Positions 55,954 through 63,454 of a DNA stretch of 64,000 bases are shown in pieces. The stretch lies in assembly GCA_035518815.1 (NCBI GenBank), contig DATIXG010000082.1, forward strand, positions 65,398 through 129,397. Reading direction: 5' to 3'. Origin of the DNA: Gemmatimonadales bacterium. Its GTDB lineage: Bacteria > Gemmatimonadota > Gemmatimonadetes > Gemmatimonadales > GWC2-71-9. Each line of letters starts with the position of its first letter. Position 1 is the stretch's first letter. The translations under genes were made by a program, and so were the position numbers. The notes beneath the pieces are model-generated. The model was not told the origin of the DNA. It saw only the letters and a program-made list of their open reading frames with translations, and searched no databases.

Positions 55954-56402
55954 TGTCTACGCCCCGCGACCTTCCGCGCGTCACGCTGACTGCGGCGCTC
56001 ATGTTCACCACGTGCTTCCAGAGCAAGAAGTCATACGAGAACTGGAGCAGCTCAGTCCCCCCCGGGCGATTCAGGACCGTGGCGACCATCGCCGGAGGCG
56101 ATGGTCGTAACGATCTCCGCATGTCGGTCCAGGTGCGTAATTCCCTGCACAAGGCAGGGGTAAACGCCCTGAAGGTTTCCGGTCGCTGGGAAACCATCCC
56201 TCAGGCGATCAGCCAGGTCTGCTCCCCCAGCGCGCCGCAACCAGTCGACGGCATCGTGGTGGTGAAGTACGACTACTTGATCCTGTATGACTGCAAGACC
56301 AGCAAGGCGGCGTTCGAAATGCAGGGGGGAGCGGACGTGGGCCTCACCCAGATGACCGACCACCTGATCAAGTACATCAAGCGACCGGCACCCAACCCGT
56401 AG
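55950..56402 (+). CDS. Lipoprotein, unknown family (paralogue of 63455-63940)
   Basis: ATGA overlap with the upstream gene, lipobox-like FTTC. Shares the blocks ATIAGG..RN..RMS, GRW.T..QA, C.P, VDG and DC.....AF with the right-hand paralogue. Confidence 0.65.
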   Translation: MMSTPRDLPRVTLTAALMFTTCFQSKKSYENWSSSVPPGRFRTVATIAGGDGRNDLRMSVQVRNSLHKAGVNALKVSGRWETIPQAISQVCSPSAPQPVDGIVVVKYDYLILYDCKTSKAAFEMQGGADVGLTQMTDHLIKYIKRPAPNP

Positions 56403-56450
56403 TTTCCCGTCCGCGACAAGTCGGCTGCCAGCGACATTCCTGAATACACG

Positions 56451-56479
56451 AGAGGCCGGGAGCAACGCTCCCGGCCTCT
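56451..56479. terminator. Bidirectional hairpin (13-bp stem AGAGGCCGGGAGC/GCTCCCGGCCTCT, 3-nt loop)
   Basis: It lies between convergent genes and is followed by TTCAGGTT on the plus strand. Confidence 0.6.
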
Positions 56480-56517
56480 TCAGGTTGCGTACAACCCTGA
56501 GTACGCGAGCCGAATTC

Positions 56518-56976
56518 TTACGGCGAGACCGGCCCGATCGCGCCGGACGACAGACCGGCCGGGTCGCTGTCGCTATAGACCCTAACCGTGGCACCGTAGT
56601 TACGCAGCGTGCGGTACAGCACCGTATCCGTGACACCGGCGACGGAGCCGCTGGCCGCGCACGGAGCTGCCGCGCAAATCGTTCCCTTCGTGACCGTCCC
56701 CTGCAGAATCCGGATCAGGTTGACCGTGCCGTGACCGGCGGCCGTGACGGCATACGTGAACGTGAACGTCGTTCCGGAGCCGTTGATCGTGAAGGAATGA
56801 CGGGCCGCGGTATCCGCGGGGTTCTTGTGTGGGGTCACGTTGTTACCGGCCGCGACCGCCTGAAAAGCAGTGATCACGTCATCCGGGGAATCCGGCCCCG
56901 TACACGCAACCCCGACGACGAGCGCGCCTGCCATCACTGTGCCTACCAGCGCGGCGTGTTTAACGGACGAGCGCAT
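56518..56976 (-). CDS. Secreted protein, tentatively CHRD-like
   Basis: ATG 56974-56976 with AAGGAGG upstream. Signal/lipobox VVGVAC. The mature part loosely fits the CHRD pattern (..GHGTVNLIRILQG....VRVYSDSDPAGLSSGAIG). Confidence 0.6.
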   Translation of the reverse strand: MRSSVKHAALVGTVMAGALVVGVACTGPDSPDDVITAFQAVAAGNNVTPHKNPADTAARHSFTINGSGTTFTFTYAVTAAGHGTVNLIRILQGTVTKGTICAAAPCAASGSVAGVTDTVLYRTLRNYGATVRVYSDSDPAGLSSGAIGPVSP

Positions 56977-57121
56977 CCTAGTCCTCCTTGGCGTTTGTTG
57001 AGAGTGTTGCCAACTCCTGGTGCTCCATCCCGGCCCACCTCGGAGGCAATACAGTACCACGTGCTGGGCCGCTTGTCGAGGACCCCGGGGAACTTCGCGG
57101 CCGCTAGTCCTATCGTATGTC

Positions 57122-57145
57122 CATACCACCCGATCGGGTGGTATG
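57122..57145. promoter_or_regulatory. Perfect 24-bp palindrome CATACCACCCGATCGGGTGGTATG
   Basis: It lies in the 288-bp divergent region between the CHRD-like gene and the first YceI-like gene, and is followed by CCGGGTTTTT. Confidence 0.45.
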
Positions 57146-57264
57146 CCGGGTTTTTGCCCTCTCGCCGGGCTTGCGCGAAGCCAAAAGCCGCGGTTATTTC
57201 CATGGTCGCCCGTCGTTGCATAACGCACCGTTGCACTCACCACAGTTGCAGGAGCCACCGAAAC

Positions 57265-58035
57265 ATGAGTCGTTATTCGCTGTTGCTGGGATGCCTTGTC
57301 CTGGCCGCGCCGGCGGCCGCCCGGGCCCAAACACGCTGGACCGTTGATTCCAAGAGCAGTTTGGCCTGGTGGCAGATGAGCCCAAACCTGAACCACCTCT
57401 GGGCCACCACGTGCCCTGGCGATTCCTCGTGGCGCCCCGGCGAAGGCCGGAGCACCGGCTGGTACATCAATCCGAGACTCAAGCTCCCCAAGACGGGGTA
57501 CGCCGGCGTCGACGACACGATCCACGTCCCGTTGTATCCGCGCACGACCGTCTACCCGCTCTGCGTCGAAGCTCTCCGCGGCGAGATCGTCGTGCCTGAC
57601 ACGGTGCACTGGCGCGGTGTACATGGCAGGGTCACGGTACTGGGAGACGCGCTCATCACAGGCGAGATGATGCGCGACGTGTTGATGCATCAGGTCATGC
57701 AGACGTCTTCGTTCCCGGAAGTCGTGTTCACGATCGACAGCGTTACGAACCCAAGGCAGGACGGCGACACGCTGCGCGCGACCGCGGTCGGCTCCCTGAC
57801 TGTGCGCGGCATCGTGACGCCGACGACCGCCCAGGTGAGGGCGTTCCATGATGCGGGTGGCATGCGCGTCCTGGCGAAGTTCCGGATGCCCGCGACGTCG
57901 CTTCTCGAGCTCACGCCGCGTATCCATAATTTGGGCCTTGGCGTCAGTACCAACATCTGGCACGACCTCTTCATGGGAACCGACCTCGTGCTGCGCCCCG
58001 AAGGGTCGAAACCAGCTACACAAGGGAGTGACTGA
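57265..58035 (+). CDS. YceI-like periplasmic protein with ~50-aa Cys-containing insertion, copy 1
   Basis: GGAG lies 10 nt upstream of ATG 57265; signal peptide ...AAARAQ. YceI-type blocks WTVDSKSSLAWWQ, MRDVLMHQVMQTSSFPEVVFTIDS and GSLTVRGIVTP. Confidence 0.7.
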   Translation: MSRYSLLLGCLVLAAPAAARAQTRWTVDSKSSLAWWQMSPNLNHLWATTCPGDSSWRPGEGRSTGWYINPRLKLPKTGYAGVDDTIHVPLYPRTTVYPLCVEALRGEIVVPDTVHWRGVHGRVTVLGDALITGEMMRDVLMHQVMQTSSFPEVVFTIDSVTNPRQDGDTLRATAVGSLTVRGIVTPTTAQVRAFHDAGGMRVLAKFRMPATSLLELTPRIHNLGLGVSTNIWHDLFMGTDLVLRPEGSKPATQGSD

Positions 58036-58038
58036 TCC

Positions 58039-58803
58039 ATGAGGCGTCACGCCACGATAGTGCTGGGGAGCCTGCTTCTGGCTGCCCCGGCCGCTGCGCC
58101 AGCGCAAACCCGCTGGACTGTCGATACGAAGAGCAGCCTCGCTTGGTGGCAGGTGAGCCCGCACCTCAATCACTTGTGGGCCACCACGTGTCCTGGCGAT
58201 TCGTCCTGGCGCCCAGGCGAGGGTCGCAGCAGTGGCTGGTACATCAACCCGAAGCTCAAGCCGCCGAAGACCGGATATGCCAACGTCGACGACACCGTCC
58301 ACGTGCCGATGTACCCGCGCACGACCGTCTACCCGCTGTGCGTCGAGGCAGTGAAGGGAGAAGTGACGACGCCCGACACCGTCCATTGGCGCGGTGTACA
58401 TGGCAAGGTCACGGTCGTGGGAGACGCGCTGATCACGGGCGAGATGATGCGTGACGTGCTGGCGCACCAGGTCATGCAAACATCCCAATATCCCGACATT
58501 GTCTATACCGTCGACAGTCTCACAAACGTCGGGCACAAGGGCGATACCCTCACCGCCACGGCGGTCGGAAGCCTCAGCTTCCGTATGATCCCTTACCCGA
58601 TGACGGCGGTGGTTAAGGCGTTTCACGACGCCGGCGGTATGCGCGTCCTCGCGAAGATGCGCATGCCCGCTCACAACCTGCTCGACATGACCCCGAAGCT
58701 CCATTACCTCGGACTCGGCGTGAACACGAACATCTGGCATGATTTCTTCATGGGCGTCGACGTCGTATTTCGTCCCATGCAGTCGGGCGCCAGCGGGAAA
58801 TAG
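58039..58803 (+). CDS. YceI-like periplasmic protein, copy 2 (tandem duplicate)
   Basis: By eye about three-quarters identical to copy 1, with many synonymous nucleotide differences. AAGGGAG upstream. Confidence 0.7.
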   Translation: MRRHATIVLGSLLLAAPAAAPAQTRWTVDTKSSLAWWQVSPHLNHLWATTCPGDSSWRPGEGRSSGWYINPKLKPPKTGYANVDDTVHVPMYPRTTVYPLCVEAVKGEVTTPDTVHWRGVHGKVTVVGDALITGEMMRDVLAHQVMQTSQYPDIVYTVDSLTNVGHKGDTLTATAVGSLSFRMIPYPMTAVVKAFHDAGGMRVLAKMRMPAHNLLDMTPKLHYLGLGVNTNIWHDFFMGVDVVFRPMQSGASGK

Positions 58804-58842
58804 AGGCGGATCCCTAGCAGCATTGGCATCAGCCTCCGGCAC

Positions 58843-58878
58843 GGGCGTCGCGATCTGCGGCGCCCGTTTCGTCTTTCT
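58843..58878 (+). terminator. Terminator after the YceI tandem
   Basis: Hairpin GGGCGTCGCG-ATCT-GCGGCGCCC followed by GTTTCGTCTTTCTC. Confidence 0.55.
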
Positions 58879-58929
58879 CACCCTCCGCATCGGTTGACAC
58901 GTCCCGGCGAGCACGGCGAACGTTAGGGC

Positions 58930-59589
58930 GTGATCTCCGCACTGCTGGGAGCGCTGTTGCTGAACCCGCCCTGGAGCCCCCGCGTCCTTTCCCGTTTCGA
59001 TGTCGCGAAGGCCGAGTGGCTCATCCGTAATCGCCTCCCCTGTCTCGGCTGCCACGAGCTCGGCGGTGAGGGGGGCCGCATTGGCCCTAGCCTCTCCCAG
59101 CTCAAAGGACGGCCGTTCCCCGAGCGCGTGTACGAGCAGATCCGCGATCCCAAGGGCGGGGTCATGCCCCGCGTGCCCATGAGCGAAACCACGCTTGATC
59201 TGATCGCCAGCTATCTGGTTCAACGAGACCCAAGCCCGGCCCCGGCCAGCGTGCCACCCCCGGCCGTCGAATCGAGCCGGGACGTGACCGAGGATCTGTA
59301 CGCTCGGCATTGCTCCCCCTGTCACGGCGTGAAGGGGGCGGGGGACGGCTACAACGCGCCTTTCCTACCCGTACGGCCGACTGCTCACGCCGACAAGGCC
59401 TACATGTCCCGCCGGTCGGACGACGCGCTGTTCGACGCGATCTACGCGGGCGGCTACGTTATGAACCGCAGCAATCGCATGCCACCGTTCGGACAGACGC
59501 TAGCCCGTGAGCAGATCTGGTCTCTCGTGCACTATCTCCGGGTGTTGTGCGGCTGTGAGGGACCCGCGTGGTCGCTGGATAACCATTGA
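58930..59589 (+). CDS. Dihaem c-type cytochrome
   Basis: Two CxxCH motifs (CLGCH, CSPCH), each followed by a candidate Met ligand region (VMPRVPM, RMPPFG). GTG start directly after an in-frame TAG. Confidence 0.75.
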   Translation: MISALLGALLLNPPWSPRVLSRFDVAKAEWLIRNRLPCLGCHELGGEGGRIGPSLSQLKGRPFPERVYEQIRDPKGGVMPRVPMSETTLDLIASYLVQRDPSPAPASVPPPAVESSRDVTEDLYARHCSPCHGVKGAGDGYNAPFLPVRPTAHADKAYMSRRSDDALFDAIYAGGYVMNRSNRMPPFGQTLAREQIWSLVHYLRVLCGCEGPAWSLDNH

Positions 59590-61946
59590 GCAAGAAGAAA
59601 GCGCGCGCGCAACCCGCGGTCGAGGCGGGACGCACCGGGGCTCGGCGCTTCGGCCGGCGCAGCCTGTTTGCCGTCGCCGTAATCATGGCCGCGGCGGCCG
59701 CCGTGGCTGGCCGAGCCCTCTACGATCGCGCCGGCCGCAATCTCAAGCTTCCCCCTCCCCCTCCCAGCGACATGACGGCGCCGGCTGAGACGACCGTCGC
59801 TTACGGTGATTTTGTTGGGTCCGAGGCATGTGCCTCGTGCCACCCATCGGAGTACAGGTCGTGGTCCAGCTCGACGCATGGCAAGGCCGGTGGGCCGCCG
59901 ACCCCGGAGCGCGTCAAGGGTCCTTTCGACGGCCGGCCCATCCACTTCCGCGACGCCACGGTCACGCCCTCTCGGAGCCAGAGTGGCGGGTTCATTTTCA
60001 CGGTGGTGCAGGAGCAGCGGCCGGCGGTCGTATACCGCGTCGAAGCGGTCGTCGGCGGCGGCTTCATGGCTGGTGGCGGCACCCAGGCAGCCTTCGGACG
60101 GTTCCCCGACGGAACGCTGCGATTCCTCCCCTTCGACTATTCGCCGGCGGAGCATGCTTGGTTCTGCCAGCTGCGGCCAGGCAACAGGGGGTGGGTACCC
60201 ATTACACCTGCGCTGGCACTCGCTGACTGCGATGCCTGGCCGCCCACACGCATCCTGGGCAGTTCTGAGCGGTTCCAGAGCTGCCAGCAGTGCCACGGCA
60301 GCCAGATCGAGGTTGCGTTCGATTCCGCGTCCAAGCACTACGACACCCGCTTTTCGACCCTCGCGATCAATTGTGAATCCTGCCACGGCCCCGGACGGAG
60401 GCACGTCGAGCTCGCCCGATCAGGCACGCTCCCGACTGCTCAGGACATTGGCATGCGGTCCCTCGCAGCCCTCACGAAGGATCAGTCGCTCGAGGTCTGC
60501 TTTCAATGCCACGCCGTGAAGGCGGCGCTCGAGCCGGGATACCTGCCCGGGAAGGAGCGCGATCGACACTTCGCCCTCAAGCTTCCGATTCTGCTCGACA
60601 CGATCTACTTCGCCGACGGTCGCACACGCGTGTTCGCGTACCAAGAGGGGCACCTTTCGAGCGATTGCTACCTGAACGGGTCCATGACATGTGTGGACTG
60701 CCATGACCCGCACTCCCAGCACTATCGCGACATCAACGGAGTAGCCCTGCCGGGCAGGTTCGACGACGGCCAATGCGTCGATTGTCATGCCAGCAAGACG
60801 CAGCCGATCGGCCGGCACACGCATCACGGAGCGACCTCGGCTGGCAGCCGCTGCGTGTCGTGCCATATGCCTTACCTACAGGAGCCGAGCGTCGGCCCGC
60901 GGATCCGGTATGCGCGGTCCGATCATACCATCCCCATCCCCCGGCCGTCCTACGATGCCCGGATCGGAATCGAGAACGCCTGCGTCGGCTGTCATCGCGA
61001 TCGCACAGTCCAGGAGCTCGACGACCAAGTGGCGAAGTGGTACGGGGCCTTGAAGCCGCAGGCGGCCATGGTCGCCGCAGTCCTCGCCGCAGACGCCGCG
61101 AGCGACCCCACCGTCGCAGCGAGGACCGTTCTGTCCGCAGGCGGGAGCCATCCCATGGCTCAAGTCGCCGGGTTGGGATTGGTGCTGAAGCAATACACGA
61201 AACCCGACGTGGCCGCGCTCGACGCGGAGACCACCAAGCGCCTAGAGCAGTGGTCGCAGGACTCCGATCTGGACGTATCGGCACTGGCGCTGGCATCGCT
61301 CCACCAGCTACGTGGCACCGACCCGCAGATCCGCCGGTTTCTTGCGGGTGCGTTGCGCCGATTGGGGCCGCGCGACGGCTTGGTTCGCTCGCGGTGGGCC
61401 TGGATTCTGCGGGTGCGTGGGGAAGCCCTCCTCACGGCCGGGGACCCGCGGAGCGCGCTCGTCACCTACAACAAGGCCCTAGAGGTGACGCCCGACGATC
61501 CTGCGGTCTGGAGGAGCCTCGGCGTCGTGTACACGCGCCTCCACGACTACCCCAGCGCTATCGAGCGTTTCCAACACAGCCTGTCACTCCGCCCCAGGCA
61601 GCCACAAGTGCTTGTAGAGCTGGGGTTTGCGCTCTCGCAGCAAGGGCAGGCTGATAGTGCTATCACCGCCTACCGGCAAGCCATCGATCTCGATCCGTGG
61701 GACCCGGCGGCCTACGCCAATCTCGGGGTCGCCGCCCTGCGCCGTGGAGCCATCCGGCCCGCCATTGAAGCCCTCCAGCGCGCCGTACAGCTCAACCCCG
61801 GCCTCGCCGAAGCCCAGTTCGCTCTGGCGAGCGCCTATGGCCAACTCGGCGATACCAAGCGAGCTTTAGATGCGCTGCAGCGCGGCCTTGAGTTCGACCC
61901 CAACAACGCCGCGGCGCGTCGCCTCCTCGAAGCAAATCGTCGCTAA
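59586..61946 (+). CDS. Membrane-anchored octahaem c-type cytochrome fused to C-terminal TPR repeats
   Basis: Eight CxxCH motifs (CASCH, CQQCH, CESCH, CFQCH, CVDCH x2, CVSCH, CVGCH), an N-terminal TM anchor and C-terminal TPR units (e.g. AYRQAIDLDPWDPAAYANLG). 4-nt overlap upstream. Confidence 0.8.
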   Translation: MSKKKARAQPAVEAGRTGARRFGRRSLFAVAVIMAAAAAVAGRALYDRAGRNLKLPPPPPSDMTAPAETTVAYGDFVGSEACASCHPSEYRSWSSSTHGKAGGPPTPERVKGPFDGRPIHFRDATVTPSRSQSGGFIFTVVQEQRPAVVYRVEAVVGGGFMAGGGTQAAFGRFPDGTLRFLPFDYSPAEHAWFCQLRPGNRGWVPITPALALADCDAWPPTRILGSSERFQSCQQCHGSQIEVAFDSASKHYDTRFSTLAINCESCHGPGRRHVELARSGTLPTAQDIGMRSLAALTKDQSLEVCFQCHAVKAALEPGYLPGKERDRHFALKLPILLDTIYFADGRTRVFAYQEGHLSSDCYLNGSMTCVDCHDPHSQHYRDINGVALPGRFDDGQCVDCHASKTQPIGRHTHHGATSAGSRCVSCHMPYLQEPSVGPRIRYARSDHTIPIPRPSYDARIGIENACVGCHRDRTVQELDDQVAKWYGALKPQAAMVAAVLAADAASDPTVAARTVLSAGGSHPMAQVAGLGLVLKQYTKPDVAALDAETTKRLEQWSQDSDLDVSALALASLHQLRGTDPQIRRFLAGALRRLGPRDGLVRSRWAWILRVRGEALLTAGDPRSALVTYNKALEVTPDDPAVWRSLGVVYTRLHDYPSAIERFQHSLSLRPRQPQVLVELGFALSQQGQADSAITAYRQAIDLDPWDPAAYANLGVAALRRGAIRPAIEALQRAVQLNPGLAEAQFALASAYGQLGDTKRALDALQRGLEFDPNNAAARRLLEANRR

Positions 61947-62088
61947 GGAACGGCAACGACACGGGGGGCCAGGTAACGTCTTGGCACGTTGCGAGTTGCA
62001 ACGCTGCGTGCACACTGCCAGCTTGCGAGGCCACCAAAATGGTGGTTACTTCGTGCTTGGCTTGGAATCTACCGACGGAGGTCGCCGT

Positions 62089-62484
62089 ATGCGTGCACTA
62101 CTGGGTTGTACATTGGTCGTGACCGCACTTTCGAGCGTCGCCTGCCACACCATGGCGCCCGCAACGCTGGACCAATTGGGCACGATGAAGCCCTCACGGG
62201 CGTGGGTCACGCTGGGTGACAAGTCCGTGGTGGAGATTTCGGGCCCCCAGATCATGGGCGACACTCTGGTAGGATACGTGAATGGGGTATACCAGGAGCT
62301 CCCCGCCGCTACGGTAAAAAGTGTGACCGTACAGAAGACGTCCACCGGCAAAACGGTGGCCCTGGTCGTGGCAAGCACCGTCGCGTTCGGCGGGTTCGCC
62401 TACCTGATCACCTCGGCGGCGTCTAACCAGGACGACAAGGGTCCGACGGTAGAGTGCCAAGAGAACCCCGATCGGTGTATGTAG
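62089..62484 (+). CDS. Small lipoprotein with C-terminal TM segment
   Basis: GGAGG lies 7 nt upstream of ATG 62089. Lipobox LSSVAC and a hydrophobic VALVVASTVAFGGFAYLI. Confidence 0.6.
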   Translation: MRALLGCTLVVTALSSVACHTMAPATLDQLGTMKPSRAWVTLGDKSVVEISGPQIMGDTLVGYVNGVYQELPAATVKSVTVQKTSTGKTVALVVASTVAFGGFAYLITSAASNQDDKGPTVECQENPDRCM

Positions 62485-62536
62485 CATGTCGACGGCCGTC
62501 AATCACCTCTCGGATGACGAAGGAGGTAGGCATACC

Positions 62537-63322
62537 ATGATCTCTCTGCGGGCCTGGCGACGGGTCGCAATCATGGGCTTCGCTTGCGTATTGGGCGCGC
62601 CCGTGGCTGCGCGAGCGCAGGTCCACTGGAAAGTCAATTCGAAGGCCAGCTTGGCGTGGTGGCAGATCGATCCGAACATGAACCACCTGTGGGCCACCAC
62701 CTGCCCGGAAGAGCCTTCGTGGCGCCCTGGGGAAGGACGCAGCGGCGGCTGGTCAACCAACGAGGCCATGCAGGCCCGGGTGGGACACGGGTTCGCCGCC
62801 ATCTCCGATACCGTCCACGTACCCCTCTATCCGCGGCGTCGCGTCCGGTTCCTCTGCACCGAGGCCGTGAAGGGCGATTTCACGTTCCCGGATACCGTGC
62901 ACTGGCGTGGCGGGCATGGGAGGCTCACGATCGACTCCAAGAAGATCACGAGCGGTGAAAACCTGCGCGATGAGTACGCGCGCGACGGTGTGCTGGCGAC
63001 CGCGAACTTCCCGGAGCTCACGTTTGTCCTGGACAGCGTGACCGATGTGAAGCGCGCGGGAGACACGCTCAGGGGCAAGGGATGGGGTGTCTTCACCCTG
63101 CGTGGCGTTCCGAAGGTGGTGGCCACCGACGTTAAGACCTTCCCGGAAGCGGGTGGCCTGCGGGTCATCGGTAAGTTCGGCATCCCGGCCAAGGCGCTCG
63201 CCACCGACTACGGAGTTACCAGGCGCACCTTGGGTTTGGGCGTATACATGGGGATCTGGAAGACGCTCTTCATGGGCGTGGACCTGCTTCTCGAACCTGA
63301 ACAGCCACCCGGCGCCAACTAG
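62537..63322 (+). CDS. YceI-like periplasmic protein, copy 3 (diverged)
   Basis: AGGAGG lies 10 nt upstream of ATG 62537. Keeps SLAWWQ, NHLWATTCP, SWRPGEGRS, DTVHVPLYPR and PDTVHWRG.HG. Roughly 45 percent identical to copies 1 and 2 by eye. Confidence 0.7.
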   Translation: MISLRAWRRVAIMGFACVLGAPVAARAQVHWKVNSKASLAWWQIDPNMNHLWATTCPEEPSWRPGEGRSGGWSTNEAMQARVGHGFAAISDTVHVPLYPRRRVRFLCTEAVKGDFTFPDTVHWRGGHGRLTIDSKKITSGENLRDEYARDGVLATANFPELTFVLDSVTDVKRAGDTLRGKGWGVFTLRGVPKVVATDVKTFPEAGGLRVIGKFGIPAKALATDYGVTRRTLGLGVYMGIWKTLFMGVDLLLEPEQPPGAN

Positions 63323-63357
63323 CCAAACCGGGCAGCGGGTAGAGCGAGGAAGCATTC

Positions 63358-63386
63358 GCGGGGCAGCCCCCACAGGGCTGCCCCGC
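63358..63386. terminator. Hairpin terminator (12-bp stem GCGGGGCAGCCC/GGGCTGCCCCGC)
   Basis: It lies between convergent genes, with TTCATTTC downstream on the plus strand. Confidence 0.6.
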
Positions 63387-63454
63387 TTCATTTCACCAGA
63401 CCCGATCGGAATGCGTGTCGGAAGTCGGAGGAAGGCGGGCGGAACCGGCTCGGC

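Noticed and set aside
57122-57155. Simple rho-independent terminator interpretation of the 24-bp palindrome
   Set aside because: The U-run is separated from the stem by CCGGG. No upstream plus-strand transcript needs terminating here, because the preceding + gene already has the hairpin at 56451-56479. Operator or leader-attenuator readings are more plausible (see finding).
56518-59325. 935-aa minus-strand ORF, the longest in this part of the track
   Set aside because: Only its last 152 codons (56518-56976) have a start with an SD, a signal peptide and protein-like composition. The rest runs antisense to the two YceI-like genes and the cytochrome gene and is Arg/Gly/His/Pro-rich. This is a typical high-GC shadow ORF.
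61982-62000. Sigma-54 promoter (TGGCAC...TTGCA) upstream of the small lipoprotein gene
   Set aside because: The GG and GC elements are separated by 13 nt rather than the strict 10 nt. A similar TTGCAC-N6-TTGC on the minus strand near 12340-12356 lacks the essential GG.
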